A stretch of DNA of 64,000 nucleotides from Minisyncoccota bacterium (GCA_028711065.1 JAQTSY010000001.1:22610-86609); one strand, 5' to 3'; shown: positions 45,326 to 57,857, counted from the first letter of the stretch. Translations and numbers: made by a program. Notes: a model not told the origin generated them from the letters alone.

Positions 45326-46861
45326 ATGCCTTCACCAATCATCGAAAATCTGAAAAATGAGATCACTGGGTACAAGCGAGAAGCTCGTGCTCAAAAGATC
45401 GGGAAAGTAACCGAAGTGGGAGACGGAATTGCCCGCCTTTCGGGACTTTCTGACGTTTCGATGCAGGAAATGGTGGAATTTGAAACAAGTTCTGGCAAAG
45501 TTTCTGGCGTGGCTTTCAACCTTGAAGAAGACAGCGTTGGTGTCATCGTTCTTGGAGATTATAAAAAAATTAAAGAGGGAGATATCGTTACTCACGCGGG
45601 ACGCGTGCTTTCTGTACCAGTTGGCGATGAAATGATCGGACGAGTCGTAGATCCGCTTGGCAATCCGCTCGATGGCAAAGGACCAATTTTTAAAGCTGGC
45701 TCAAAAAACGAATTTTATCCAACAGAAAGAATCGCGCCGTCAGTAATCGCTCGCTCTCCGGTGAATACTCCTATTCACACTGGTATCAAAGCTATCGACA
45801 GTATGATCCCGATCGGCCGAGGGCAGCGAGAGCTCATCATCGGAGACCGACAGGTGGGAAAAACCTCGATCGCAATCGATACCATCATCAACCAGAAAAA
45901 CGATACTCGGTTCCAGACACCGATCTGTATTTACGTGGCAATCGGACAAAAGGAATCAAAGATCGCAAAGATCATTGCAACTCTTGAGGCTGCGGGTGCA
46001 ATGAAATACACAATCGTCGTCTCTGCTCCATCTTCTGCTCCGACTTCAATGCGATATCTCGCACCCTATAGCGCGACGGCTATCGGAGAATATTTTATGT
46101 ATAAAGGAAAAGACGCGCTCGTGATCTACGACGATCTTTCAAAGCAGGCGACTGCGTACCGAGAAATTTCTCTTCTTCTTCGACGCCCACCAGGCCGTGA
46201 AGCATACCCCGGAGACATTTTCTATCTTCACTCAAGACTTCTCGAGCGTTCAGCAAAATTAAGTAAAGAAAATGGCGGAGGCTCTCTCACTTCGCTTCCA
46301 ATCATCGAGACACAGCTTGGAGACGTGGCCGCATACATCCCAACAAACGTTATTTCTATCACTGACGGACAGATTTATCTCGAATCAGAGCTGTTCAACC
46401 AAGGTACTCGTCCTGCGGTAAACGTCGGACTTTCAGTATCCCGCGTTGGTTCTGCAGCGCAGACAAAAGCGATGAAAAAAGTGGCAGGAAAATTGCGACT
46501 CGAGCTTGCCCAATATCGAGAACTCGCTGCTTTCTCCCAATTTGCATCCGACCTCGATGAGTCAACACGAAAAACCCTTACTCGCGGAAAAGCGCTTTCA
46601 GAATCTTTGAAACAAGATGAGCTTGCTCCGATTCCATTTGAGAGACAAGCCGTCCTTATTTACACAGCGACAAATGGGTATTTTGATGCAATTGCGCCAG
46701 AAAAGATCGTTGACGCCTCGCTCTCTGTGATTGATTATCTCGAGAAGATGCACAAAGAAAAGATTTTTGAAGCGATCAAGAAATCAGGCGAAATGTCAGA
46801 CGATATCCTTAAAACTTTGAAAGATTCTTTGGCTGAATGGGTGAAGATGCAAGTAAAATAA
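45326..46861 (+). CDS. atpA: F0F1 ATP synthase subunit alpha
   Basis: '[19 protein letters not shown]' P-loop, 'DDLSKQA' and '[14 protein letters not shown]'. Confidence 0.95.
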   Translation: MPSPIIENLKNEITGYKREARAQKIGKVTEVGDGIARLSGLSDVSMQEMVEFETSSGKVSGVAFNLEEDSVGVIVLGDYKKIKEGDIVTHAGRVLSVPVGDEMIGRVVDPLGNPLDGKGPIFKAGSKNEFYPTERIAPSVIARSPVNTPIHTGIKAIDSMIPIGRGQRELIIGDRQVGKTSIAIDTIINQKNDTRFQTPICIYVAIGQKESKIAKIIATLEAAGAMKYTIVVSAPSSAPTSMRYLAPYSATAIGEYFMYKGKDALVIYDDLSKQATAYREISLLLRRPPGREAYPGDIFYLHSRLLERSAKLSKENGGGSLTSLPIIETQLGDVAAYIPTNVISITDGQIYLESELFNQGTRPAVNVGLSVSRVGSAAQTKAMKKVAGKLRLELAQYRELAAFSQFASDLDESTRKTLTRGKALSESLKQDELAPIPFERQAVLIYTATNGYFDAIAPEKIVDASLSVIDYLEKMHKEKIFEAIKKSGEMSDDILKTLKDSLAEWVKMQVK

Positions 46862-46867
46862 TTCATT

Positions 46868-49194
<2,327 letters not shown>

Positions 49195-49298
49195 AAGTTT
49201 TTTTGAAGTTGCAGCTTTTAAAATGACTAAGACTCGGCCAAGCGGCCCGGAGCGGTCTTTTTAAAAGGTGTTACGAGAAAAAACTTTAACAATCAACA

Positions 49299-49541
49299 AT
49301 GCAAGTAGGAATCTATACAATCAAAGACACCCTCTTTAACGGAGAGGCTACAAAAGTTATCGCAAAGACGACGACTGGAGAAATTACTATTCTTCCAAAC
49401 CATCTCCCCTTGGTCTCAACTCTCATCCCCGGAACTTTAAAAATCACTGAAAAAGATGGGCAAGAGAAATCTATTGAGATTAAATCCGGAGTCTTGGAAA
49501 TTCGTCCAGAAAGCCGTATCGTCATTCTTGCGAGCGCCTAA
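49299..49541 (+). CDS. atpC: F0F1 ATP synthase subunit epsilon (N-terminal beta-sandwich only, 80 aa)
   Basis: 'TGEITILPNHLPLVSTLIPGTLKI' epsilon motif. The C-terminal helical hairpin is absent. Confidence 0.7.
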   Translation: MQVGIYTIKDTLFNGEATKVIAKTTTGEITILPNHLPLVSTLIPGTLKITEKDGQEKSIEIKSGVLEIRPESRIVILASA

Positions 49542-49551
49542 CCTGCTTTCT

Positions 49552-49986
49552 ATGCAAAAAGGAATTGATTATATCGGAGTGGGAGTTGTCTTTTTCTGCG
49601 TTGATGAAAAAGGAAATTTGATAATGGCGAAAAGAAACAAAAACACTCGAAATGAACATGGCAAATGGGACAACGGAGGGGGCGGAGTAGAGCTTGGAGA
49701 AACAATTGAGGAAGCGCTCAAACGAGAAGTTTCTGAAGAATACGGCGTCAAAATTATTTCTTATGAATTTTTGGGATTCCGTGATGCTTTTCTCGAACAG
49801 GACGGGAGAAAACAGCATTGGGTAGTGCTTGATTTTAAAGTACTCGTTGATCCGAAGGGGCTTCGAATCGGCGAACCTGATAAATTCGATGATATCGGAA
49901 TCTTTCCAATAGATAAGTTACCCACACCGATGCATAGCCAGATTCCGACCGCTCTGGCAAAATATAAGGACAAATTTTTCAAATAA
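49552..49986 (+). CDS. NUDIX hydrolase
   Basis: Nudix box 'GGGVELGETIEEALKREVSEEYGV'. Start chosen at 'MQKGIDYIGV'. Confidence 0.8.
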   Translation: MQKGIDYIGVGVVFFCVDEKGNLIMAKRNKNTRNEHGKWDNGGGGVELGETIEEALKREVSEEYGVKIISYEFLGFRDAFLEQDGRKQHWVVLDFKVLVDPKGLRIGEPDKFDDIGIFPIDKLPTPMHSQIPTALAKYKDKFFK

Positions 49987-49987
49987 T

Positions 49988-50671
49988 ATGAAAGCCGTCA
50001 TCATCGCCGCAGGAGTGGGGAAAAGAATGCAGCCACTCACTCTCACAACTCCTAAACCTCTTCTCACTGTTCTCGGAAAAACACTTCTCGAGCGCGTTTT
50101 TGATGTACTGCCAAATGAAATCACAGAAATGATCATTGTGATTGGTTATAAAGGCGATATGATACAAGCGAAATTCGGCAACTCCTACAAAGGGAAAAAA
50201 ATTGATTACGTTGAACAGAAAGAGCAAAAAGGAACTGCTCACGCATTAGAACTCTGCCGGCATCTCCTTACAAAAGGAGAGCGGTTTCTCGTCATGTACG
50301 CAGATGATATCCATCACAAAGAAAGCATTCAAAAAATGCTTGTCTACCAGCGCGCATTGCTTCTTTCTCGAGCTGAACATCCAGAGCGATTTGGAGTGGT
50401 AGAAATGGATAAAGATAATCGGATTCTTGAACTTGTAGAAAAGCCAGATAATCCAAAGAGCGATCTCGTCTCAAATGGCGTCTATCTTCTGGATGATAAC
50501 GTATTCAACTACAAAGCTCACGAATACAAGGGAGAACTCTATCTTCCTGTTCTTATCGAACAAATGCTGAAAGAGTATCCTGTCTATGGTGTGGTCTCTG
50601 ACCTATGGATACCGGTGGGCTACCCTGAAGATTTAAAAACCGCAGAAGAAATCTTGAGTGCGCGAAAGTAG
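49988..50671 (+). CDS. sugar-phosphate nucleotidyltransferase (NTP_transferase domain)
   Basis: 'MKAVIIAAGVGKRMQPLTLTTPKPLL' is the G-x-G-x-R-hydrophobic N-terminal signature. Confidence 0.7.
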   Translation: MKAVIIAAGVGKRMQPLTLTTPKPLLTVLGKTLLERVFDVLPNEITEMIIVIGYKGDMIQAKFGNSYKGKKIDYVEQKEQKGTAHALELCRHLLTKGERFLVMYADDIHHKESIQKMLVYQRALLLSRAEHPERFGVVEMDKDNRILELVEKPDNPKSDLVSNGVYLLDDNVFNYKAHEYKGELYLPVLIEQMLKEYPVYGVVSDLWIPVGYPEDLKTAEEILSARK

Positions 50672-50689
50672 ATTTGATATAATGGTAAT

Positions 50690-51334
50690 ATGAAAATTAC
50701 CAAGCTGGGCCACTGTTGTCTCCTCATAGAAGAGAAAAAACTGCGAATCCTGACTGACCCGGGAAGCTTTTCGACTCTCCAGGATTCAATCAAAAATATA
50801 GATATCATCCTGATCACTCACGAACATCAGGACCATTTTCATATTCCTTCAGTTAAAGCTGTTCTCAAAAATAACCCTGGAGCAAAAATAATCACAAATA
50901 CTGCCGTCGGTCTTCTTCTAGACAAAGAGGGAATTAAATACGAAATCCTCGAGGATGACCAAAATAGAACAGAAAAAAAAGTTCTGTTTGAGGGATTCGG
51001 CACTATCCACGCTGAAATTTACAAATCATACCCGCGAGTTCAGAACACTGGATATTTTATTTCAAATCGCTTTTATTATCCCGGGGATGCGCTTCATGTA
51101 CCCCCAAAGTCCCCAGAAATTCTCGCACTTCCTGTAGCTGGGCCGTGGCTTAAGATTTCTGAAGCTATTGATTTTACGCTCGCTTGCAAGCCAAAAATTG
51201 TTTTTCCTGTGCACGACGGGAGTCTCAAAAGTACAGAATTAACTGATCGAGTAGCGGGTGGAGCAATTACTCCCGCGAGCATCGTTTATCAAAAAATGGA
51301 ATTGGGCAAAGAGATCGACTTTGAAAAAATATAG
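50690..51334 (+). CDS. MBL-fold metallo-hydrolase
   Basis: 'ILITHEHQDHF' (HxHxDH) metal-binding motif. Confidence 0.7.
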   Translation: MKITKLGHCCLLIEEKKLRILTDPGSFSTLQDSIKNIDIILITHEHQDHFHIPSVKAVLKNNPGAKIITNTAVGLLLDKEGIKYEILEDDQNRTEKKVLFEGFGTIHAEIYKSYPRVQNTGYFISNRFYYPGDALHVPPKSPEILALPVAGPWLKISEAIDFTLACKPKIVFPVHDGSLKSTELTDRVAGGAITPASIVYQKMELGKEIDFEKI

Positions 51335-51463
51335 ATTTTTATACTTTTCCACAGTTGGTTTTTTGAACAATCTGTGGTATTGTGCTTATCCAGTACCAGT
51401 ACGAGATAGGAAACCAGCGGGGTTTCCTACAGGCAGGGGTAGTGCAAACAGGGAGGAAGACGT

Positions 51464-51733
51464 ATGTCGAAGTTGCGTAAAGACTTAGGGAGAAGTCACC
51501 GGAATGGAGTCAGGAGCAAGGCTCATGCGCTCCAAGTTTTGGCGAGCAATCCGCATGCGGGTAAGCTCGTCAAACGGAGCACGAAGCGGCTGCTTCTGGA
51601 AGCGTCGAAAATCCTGGCCAACAGGAAGGCCTTGGCCGATGCCGAAACCACGCGAATTAACCTCGCCCGACAACAGCGGGACCAACGGAGAGCCTCAGCG
51701 CGCTTGCAATCTCAGGCCGCCCTTGTGGCCTAA
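51464..51733 (+). CDS. small basic hypothetical protein (89 aa), GC-rich
   Basis: A 'ggagg' SD lies 8 nt upstream and a clean terminator follows. No recognisable motif. Composition is foreign to the flanks. Confidence 0.3.
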   Translation: MSKLRKDLGRSHRNGVRSKAHALQVLASNPHAGKLVKRSTKRLLLEASKILANRKALADAETTRINLARQQRDQRRASARLQSQAALVA

Positions 51734-51772
51734 CCAGTTTCGACCACCGCGAGAGCTACTTCAGTTCGATAA

Positions 51773-51803
51773 ACGACCATTACCGCGGTCGTTTTTTCTT
51801 TTA
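51773..51803 (+). terminator. rho-independent terminator
   Basis: 'acgacc-attaccgc-ggtcgt' followed by 'tttttctttt'. Confidence 0.65.
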
Positions 51804-51820
51804 GGGAAACTCTTCCTGAT

Positions 51821-53254
51821 TTGATACAATTTAGACAAATGGAAAACATCTCTCCGACCACAATCGTCATCTTCGGTGTTACCGGAGATCTTTCTCAAAG
51901 AAAGCTTTTTCCGTCCCTCTACGAGCTTCACACCAAAGGATTTCTGCCATCCAAATATCAGATCGTGGGTTTCTCGCGTCGCTCCCTTTCTACAGAGGAA
52001 TTCAGGAATTTTATAAAAGAGACGCTCATTGCCAAAAAGATGCCCGCGACCGAAAGCGATCTCTCTGATTTTCTCAATCACTTAAGCTACCGAGAGGGTT
52101 CATTTGATAATGCCGATTCATACAAAAATTTGTCTGAGACGCTCGTAAAAATTGATGAGGGACTCGGGCAATGCTCGAATAAACTTTTCTACCTAGCCGT
52201 TCCGCCAGATCTCTATGAAGGAATTCTTGGACACCTCTCATATTCAGGCCTTACTATTCCATGCGGAGGGGATATGGGTTGGACCCGTGTTCTTATCGAA
52301 AAGCCGTTTGGAAGGGATGTAGAAACCGCACACAAGCTCGACCATCACCTTTCTGATCTCTTTGAGGAAGAGCAAATTTTCCGTATTGACCACTATTTGG
52401 CGAAAGAAACGCTTCAAAATATCCTCACATTCCGCTTTTCCAACGCTCTTTTCGAACATCTGTGGAGCGGAGAACATATAGAATCGGTTTCTGTAAAACT
52501 TTTTGAAACTCTTGATATTTTGGGACGCGGAACTTTCTATGATTCAACCGGCGCTCTTCGAGACGTCGGGCAAAATCACATCCTTCAAATGCTCGCCCTC
52601 GTCGCTATGGAAAGGCCCAAAAATCTCACGCCTGAAAGCGTCCGGAGGGAGCGAGCTCGAGTATTCGAGAAATTAGTGCCAATGAACGCAAAACACATAG
52701 AAGATCATGCCACCCGGGCTCAATATGAAGGATACCGCAATGAACCAAACGTAAATCCGGAATCACAGACTGAAACATACTTCAAGCTCAAAGCATTTAT
52801 CAATAACGAAAGATGGAGAGACGTACCTTTTTTCCTGGAAAGCGGAAAAGCGCTTCATGAAATGCGCACCGAAATTGTGGTCACATTCAAACCCTGCACG
52901 ACTTGTCTTTGCCCAAATGGCGACGGGCATGAACACCGCAACAAGATCACATTCACAATTCAGCCAAATGAGGGAATCTCTATTGAATATTTCATGAAAA
53001 AACCCGGATTTGATTCCGCTGTAGAACCAAAAGATCTGTCTTATATTTACAGGGAAAGTGCCGAAGAGAAAGCACTCCCAGATGCGTACGAAAAAGTGCT
53101 TTACGATTGCATCCGCGGAGACCAGACGCTTTTCCCCTCTACGAACGAAGTAGACCTTACTTGGAAATACGTGAGTCCCGTCATCAAGCATTGGGAATCT
53201 CTCCCGCTTCTCTCGTATAAGAAAGGTTCAAGCGGTCCAGAAACATCTTTTTAA
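51821..53254 (+). CDS. zwf: glucose-6-phosphate 1-dehydrogenase
   Basis: 'IFGVTGDLSQRKLFPSLYEL' NADP-binding signature and active-site 'RIDHYLAKE'. Confidence 0.9.
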   Translation: MIQFRQMENISPTTIVIFGVTGDLSQRKLFPSLYELHTKGFLPSKYQIVGFSRRSLSTEEFRNFIKETLIAKKMPATESDLSDFLNHLSYREGSFDNADSYKNLSETLVKIDEGLGQCSNKLFYLAVPPDLYEGILGHLSYSGLTIPCGGDMGWTRVLIEKPFGRDVETAHKLDHHLSDLFEEEQIFRIDHYLAKETLQNILTFRFSNALFEHLWSGEHIESVSVKLFETLDILGRGTFYDSTGALRDVGQNHILQMLALVAMERPKNLTPESVRRERARVFEKLVPMNAKHIEDHATRAQYEGYRNEPNVNPESQTETYFKLKAFINNERWRDVPFFLESGKALHEMRTEIVVTFKPCTTCLCPNGDGHEHRNKITFTIQPNEGISIEYFMKKPGFDSAVEPKDLSYIYRESAEEKALPDAYEKVLYDCIRGDQTLFPSTNEVDLTWKYVSPVIKHWESLPLLSYKKGSSGPETSF

Positions 53255-53262
53255 CGAACGGG

Positions 53263-53970
53263 ATGGAAATCATCTTTAAAAAAGACGAAAACATCCTGCA
53301 GGAAGAAGCCGGCGAGAAACTCTCAAATCTTCTCTCGGTGAAAACACCAACACTTCTTCTCCTTGCGGGAGGTTCCGCTTTCTCTCTTTTAGACTCCGTG
53401 GAGACAAAAGTTTTCTCATCAAATCTCACTATCGGGATGGGGGATGAAAGATATGATACAGAGGAAATGGCGAATAATTTTGCACAGCTCATGAAAACTG
53501 AATTTTATGTTGAAGCTATGGCAAAGGGTGCGCAATTTTTTGACTCACGAGTTGAAACAGACGAAACTTTCGAACAATTCGGCGAGAGATTCAAAAAAAA
53601 TATTACAGACTGGATTATCAAAAACCCAAATGGAAGCATTGTGGCAACTTTTGGGATAGGGGAAGACGGCCATACTGCTGGTATTTTGCCTTTCCCTGAA
53701 AATCCAGCTTTATTTGAGGAAATTTTCGAGAAAAATGACACTGCTGTTGCCTACGACGCAAAAGGGAAGAATGTGTATCCGCATCGTGTCACGATAACCC
53801 TTCCCTTTATTCGAACCAAAATACACGCAGCTATCGTATATAGTATAGGTGAGAAAAAAAGAAATGCATTATCCAAAGCACTTGGTCCTTCTGGGTATGT
53901 TTCAGAAACTCCCGCGAGGGTCCTGAAGGAAATCCGTAATACATCGCTTTTCACAAACCTAGAGTTCTAA
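53263..53970 (+). CDS. pgl: 6-phosphogluconolactonase (glucosamine-6-P isomerase/6PGL family)
   Basis: 'LLLAGGSAFSLL' family motif. Encoded immediately downstream of zwf, which is the typical pairing. Confidence 0.55.
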   Translation: MEIIFKKDENILQEEAGEKLSNLLSVKTPTLLLLAGGSAFSLLDSVETKVFSSNLTIGMGDERYDTEEMANNFAQLMKTEFYVEAMAKGAQFFDSRVETDETFEQFGERFKKNITDWIIKNPNGSIVATFGIGEDGHTAGILPFPENPALFEEIFEKNDTAVAYDAKGKNVYPHRVTITLPFIRTKIHAAIVYSIGEKKRNALSKALGPSGYVSETPARVLKEIRNTSLFTNLEF

Positions 53971-53998
53971 CCTGTGGTACAATACTTGCCATATTATT

Positions 53999-54586
53999 AT
54001 GTCGAAAATTTTTATTTTAGTCGGGCATCCTGACAGCGACAGCGAGTGTGCTCGTCTCGCTACCGCCTATGAACTCGGTGCTCGCGCTGCCGGGCATGAA
54101 GTACGGCTTACAAAACTTGGAAGTCTTTCGTTTGATCCCATTTTGCACAATGGATACAAAGAAATACAGGCCCTAGAACCCGATCTTTTAAAAGCGCAGG
54201 AGGACATCAAATGGTGCGAGCATTTTGTCGTTCTCTACCCTGTATGGTGGGCCGCTATGCCAGCGCTCCTCAAAGGTTTCTTTGATCGCGTGTGGCTTCC
54301 TGGCTTTGCATATCGATTCAAAAAAGAAGGATTCCTGAAGGGGGTAATATGGAACGGCGCGCTCAAAGGAAGAAGCGCCCGGGTCATTGTAACGATGGAC
54401 AATATTCCATTCGTCGCCAGACTTCTCTTCGGAGATATCACCAATGAAATTCATTTTGGAATTCTCAAATTCGCCGGCTTCTCGCCTGTGAGAGTTACGA
54501 AGATCGGCCTTATGAAATTTAAAACTGCAGAAGGAAAAACAAAGCACGCACAAATGCTCGAGCGGTGGGGAAGAGCGGGAAAATAA
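53999..54586 (+). CDS. NAD(P)H-dependent quinone oxidoreductase (flavodoxin-like fold, Flavodoxin_2 family)
   Basis: 'MSKIFILVGHPDSDS...HFVVLYPVWWAAMPALLKGFFDRV' is typical of NQO/general stress protein 14-like enzymes. GC-rich. Confidence 0.6.
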   Translation: MSKIFILVGHPDSDSECARLATAYELGARAAGHEVRLTKLGSLSFDPILHNGYKEIQALEPDLLKAQEDIKWCEHFVVLYPVWWAAMPALLKGFFDRVWLPGFAYRFKKEGFLKGVIWNGALKGRSARVIVTMDNIPFVARLLFGDITNEIHFGILKFAGFSPVRVTKIGLMKFKTAEGKTKHAQMLERWGRAGK

Positions 54587-54609
54587 AAGTCGGGCATGTA
54601 TTGCCCGAC
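54580..54609 (-). terminator. intrinsic terminator for the minus-strand ORF 54625-54942
   Basis: Hairpin 'gtcgggc-atgtatt-gcccgac' is preceded on the + strand by 'aaaataaaa', which is the T-run on the minus strand. Confidence 0.55.
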
Positions 54610-54624
54610 CCTAAACCCTCTACC

Positions 54625-54942
54625 TTAAGCAGCCACCGTCTCTGCGATCTCCAAAAACTGATCGCCCGAGAGCGTCTCCGGCAGTTTTACGCCGTGCCGC
54701 CGGCAGAATGTCCGAAATTCACGAAGCTTTCGATCAAGGCATGAACCTCCCCGAGCGACTTTCGGAATTGTTGCTTGCGCTGCCAACTTCATGCGGATCG
54801 AACACTGAACAATCGGCCACCACTTCACCCAAAAATTGTGGTGAGTCGAGCAAAAAGCATCAACTTCACGAATTGTCCCAAACTCTCTCTGCTTGCGCAC
54901 AGGTTTTTTCGCCCGCCCAGTGCACCTCTTTTCCTTACTCAT
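54625..54942 (-). CDS. hypothetical protein (105 aa), GC-rich
   Basis: It is the best of three overlapping frames, with a basic N-terminus and the aromatic cluster 'HHNFWVKWWPIVQ'. It has its own terminator. Confidence 0.35.
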   Translation of the reverse strand: MSKEKRCTGRAKKPVRKQREFGTIREVDAFCSTHHNFWVKWWPIVQCSIRMKLAAQATIPKVARGGSCLDRKLREFRTFCRRHGVKLPETLSGDQFLEIAETVAA

Positions 54943-55075
54943 GACAAAGCCCCCCGGTATTTCGACAAAACAAATCTGTCACCATTTCCGCTCATAAAAA
55001 TAACACGAATGAAATACTTTATCTACCCAAAAGATATGTTTGTATGATAAAGTAAAGATTCCCACAAAGAAAACT

Positions 55076-55297
55076 ATGCTCAAAGAATTTTTCCTAAAAA
55101 AGATGCTTCAAAGCAAGATGAAAGATGTGCCAGCCGCCGAACAAGAGAAAATTTTAATGTTAGTAGAGAAAAATCCAGAACTCTTCCAGAAAATTACGCT
55201 TGAAGTGCAAGAAAAAATAAAAGAAGGAAAAGACCAGATGTCCGCGACGATGGAAGTCGTGGGGCGCTACCAAGAAGAATTGAAGGGGTTGATGTAA
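55076..55297 (+). CDS. small hypothetical protein (73 aa, helical, Lys/Glu-rich)
   Basis: The ORF-track start at 55040 is a TTG; an internal ATG at 55076 is preferred. No motif recognised. Confidence 0.3.
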   Translation: MLKEFFLKKMLQSKMKDVPAAEQEKILMLVEKNPELFQKITLEVQEKIKEGKDQMSATMEVVGRYQEELKGLM

Positions 55298-55339
55298 GAG
55301 GCGTCTTCATCCTTCCTTGACTTAAACAATAAATAGTGC

Positions 55340-55423
55340 TATAACATCTCGAGAATTCTTTGAGATGTTATATCGCCGCAACTAAAAAAAGCCGATATAT
55401 TTCAGCTTTTTTTAGTTGCGGCG
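55340..55423. repeat. two adjacent perfect palindromes (11-bp and 19-bp stems)
   Basis: 55340-55372: 'tataacatctc-gagaattcttt-gagatgttata'. 55374-55423: 'cgccgcaactaaaaaaagc-cgatatatttca-gctttttttagttgcggcg'. They lie at the left border of a GC-rich island. Confidence 0.6.
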
Positions 55424-55494
55424 ATGCGTGTCGTTGCAACCAGTCAAGTGGCTTAAGACTCCTAGAAAGAGTCGATACGAAAGGGACCAAAAGA

Positions 55495-56232
55495 ATGCCG
55501 ACCACAACGATAACCTTCACGCCCACGCCTGAACAGGCGGCGTTGATTGATGCGCTCGCAAAAGAAGCGCGGGGAGAGATTGTAGACTCCTTCGCAAAAC
55601 TAGTGCGACACGGAAAGGCCGGCCCGGCTGAAGTCGAGGCTGGAATGAGGCACTTGCGCCAATTCAGGCGGAAGCTTGATCTTTATGGACTGCTTTCGGC
55701 CGAGATGGAAGTGGTCGCGCCGTGTCTGGAAAAACTGCCTGAAAGGGAACCAAAACTGATCCCCGCGTTCGAAGAGAGCAGTCAAAACACTACGGGGGAA
55801 GTGAAGTTCAAAATGCATATCAGCAGGCGATTGCGCGAGCTGGGCTTCCAGGATCCCCGCGGACCGGCCACAGCGGAGTGTGGGGTCGATTATTTCCGGT
55901 TAGCCATGGACACAGACCTCGATCACATCTTCAGAAGTACGGAGATCGAGCCTGAGGATTTGGCGCTCACGGCGCGTCAAATCCAAGCATGGATCGGGCA
56001 GCGGCAGAGCGTCCTGGATTTCGAAGGGAACTCAAACTTCAGTTTGTTGTGGAAGACGCCGATCGGAAAACTGGCCGTCGTGGAGTTGTCGGGAACGAAG
56101 GAGGAATTCCCTCCGGCAGACCCGCTCCTGACGTTGTCCGCCGAATTGGTGGACTTTCATTCGCCGGAAATCATACCCGCGAATGACCCGAAGATGTGGT
56201 TCATCTTCAAAAAAGCGCAACCGAAGAAGTAG
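55495..56232 (+). CDS. hypothetical protein (245 aa), GC-rich
   Basis: The ATG follows the palindromes and codon usage is GC-rich. No recognisable motif. Followed by a terminator. Confidence 0.4.
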   Translation: MPTTTITFTPTPEQAALIDALAKEARGEIVDSFAKLVRHGKAGPAEVEAGMRHLRQFRRKLDLYGLLSAEMEVVAPCLEKLPEREPKLIPAFEESSQNTTGEVKFKMHISRRLRELGFQDPRGPATAECGVDYFRLAMDTDLDHIFRSTEIEPEDLALTARQIQAWIGQRQSVLDFEGNSNFSLLWKTPIGKLAVVELSGTKEEFPPADPLLTLSAELVDFHSPEIIPANDPKMWFIFKKAQPKK

Positions 56233-56261
56233 CACAACTCGAAAAATGATTTAATACAGGG

Positions 56262-56300
56262 CCTTAGGAGAAAAGACTTTTCCTAAGGTCTTTTTTCTTT
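56262..56300 (+). terminator. rho-independent terminator
   Basis: 'ccttagga...tcctaagg' followed by 'tcttttttctttt'. Confidence 0.65.
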
Positions 56301-56409
56301 TATCCCCCACCGATACTCTATACCCCCAGAACATTCTCTTGATACAATATATGTCAGTGTAGTAGACGTACTTGGGGGGATGTTCAATTTGCATGGGGGG
56401 AGGTAGCTC

Positions 56410-56784
56410 ATGACTTCAGCGATAGAGAGGGCAGAAAAAGCTCTCCGAAGAACCATTCAAAAGTCCTTGGCGGCGGAGCGGATTAGAATTCACGATCGCC
56501 TCCACGAGTGCATTGAAAGTGGGGCCAAAACAGAACGGGGAGCAAGGGCTCTGCGATTGATTTGCGATCGTCATCCCGATCTCGGAGACCGGCTTCTGGT
56601 GGACAGAAATTTGAGCCACGAAGAAATTCTGAAAATCGCGGGAGACATTGGGATGCCTCTCGAGCAACTCGTACCGGAGACAATTTCCGATACGGACTCC
56701 ATTGCCGAGCGAGGTGAAATTCTCGAGGCAGCATGCCCCGTCCGTAAACGAAAGTCGAACAGCACAAATGGCGCGCACCACTAG
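56410..56784 (+). CDS. hypothetical protein (124 aa), GC-rich
   Basis: Strong SD 'ggggggagg' 6 nt upstream. No motif. The terminator overlaps the stop codon. Confidence 0.4.
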   Translation: MTSAIERAEKALRRTIQKSLAAERIRIHDRLHECIESGAKTERGARALRLICDRHPDLGDRLLVDRNLSHEEILKIAGDIGMPLEQLVPETISDTDSIAERGEILEAACPVRKRKSNSTNGAHH

Positions 56785-56796
56785 CGCCATTTTTAC
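56767..56796 (+). terminator. rho-independent terminator
   Basis: 'aatggcgc-gcaccacta-gcgccatt' followed by 'tttac'. Confidence 0.6.
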
Positions 56797-56824
56797 TTGC
56801 CATTTTTTGTGTTAAAGTATCGCG

Positions 56825-57823
56825 ATGTCACTAAGTATAGGTATTGTGGGTCTGCCAAACGTCGGCAAATCGACGCTTTTTAATGCGCTCACAAAAAAGA
56901 GCGTTCCTGCAGAAAATTATCCTTTCTGCACCATTGACCCGTCTGTCGGAGTCGTCGCTGTGCCAGACGATCGACTCCAAAAACTTTCTGATTTTTCTAA
57001 ATCTAAGAAAACAATTCCTGCCGCAGTTGAATTTGTAGATATCGCCGGACTTGTGAAAGGCGCGGCAGAAGGGCAGGGGCTTGGCAATAAATTTCTTGCA
57101 AACATTCGCGAAACTGATGCGATTCTCGAGGTCGTGCGTATTTTTAAAGATGCAGACATTATTCACGTTGCAGGAAAAGTTGAGCCTCTTTCAGATATTG
57201 ATGTTATCAATCTTGAACTCGTCCTAGCTGATTTAGAGACTGTCACTAAGCGAATGGCAAATATAAAAAGCGACCTTAAGCGGGGCGACAAAAAGGCCGT
57301 TGCGGAAAATGCACTCCTTGAAAAAATTCGTCCAATTCTCGAAGCGGGAAAGCTCGCTCAAACTGCCGAGATGAATGTCGAGGAAAAAGAAATTATAAAA
57401 TCGCTCCACCTCCTGACGATGAAGCCTATTCTCTACGCACTCAATATTTCTGCAGCAGCCGAAAATGCAGACGACGTGAAAGCGAAAATCCCCGGCCCAT
57501 TTATCGAAATTGATCCAGTATTCGGCACTGGACTTGATACACTGATTGCCAAAAGCTATGAAATCCTCGGCCTCATCACCTATTTCACGACAGGAGAAGA
57601 CGAAACGCGAGCATGGACAATTCAAAAAGGCTGGACGGCTCCGCTTGCCGGAACAGCGATCCACACCGATTTTAAAGACAAATTTGTGAGGGCAGAAATC
57701 ATCGAATCAAATAAACTTTTAGAAGCCGGCTCATACGCCATAGCACGTGAAAAAGGCCTTGTCCGGACGGAAGGGAAAGAATACGTCGTCAAGGATGGTG
57801 ATGTAATCGAATTCAAAATATAA
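56825..57823 (+). CDS. ychF: ribosome-binding ATPase YchF (Obg-family GTPase)
   Basis: 'GIVGLPNVGKSTLFNALT' G1, 'DIAGLVKGA' G3, and 'NLELVLADLETV' are present. Confidence 0.9.
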   Translation: MSLSIGIVGLPNVGKSTLFNALTKKSVPAENYPFCTIDPSVGVVAVPDDRLQKLSDFSKSKKTIPAAVEFVDIAGLVKGAAEGQGLGNKFLANIRETDAILEVVRIFKDADIIHVAGKVEPLSDIDVINLELVLADLETVTKRMANIKSDLKRGDKKAVAENALLEKIRPILEAGKLAQTAEMNVEEKEIIKSLHLLTMKPILYALNISAAAENADDVKAKIPGPFIEIDPVFGTGLDTLIAKSYEILGLITYFTTGEDETRAWTIQKGWTAPLAGTAIHTDFKDKFVRAEIIESNKLLEAGSYAIAREKGLVRTEGKEYVVKDGDVIEFKI

Positions 57824-57826
57824 AAA

Positions 57827-57857
57827 AACTCTTGCGGCCCGAACGGGTCCAAGAGTT
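57827..57857. terminator. bidirectional terminator between convergent ychF and the minus-strand membrane-protein gene
   Basis: 'aactcttg-cggcccgaacgggtc-caagagtt' flanked by A-runs and T-runs. Confidence 0.55.

Noticed and set aside
51485-51824. Alternative ORFs in the 51.4-51.8 kb GC-rich segment (66-aa minus ORF and 106-aa + ORF)
   Set aside because: Both are Pro/Arg/Trp-rich and non-protein-like, and both lack an SD. The 89-aa + ORF with a 'ggagg' SD and a downstream terminator was preferred, still at low confidence.
55360-55494. Upstream extension of the 55495-56232 ORF (the track starts at 55360, 'MRCYIAATKK...')
   Set aside because: The extension is translated straight through the 19-bp perfect palindrome and an AT-rich region of different composition. 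The GC-rich coding signal starts at ATG 55495.
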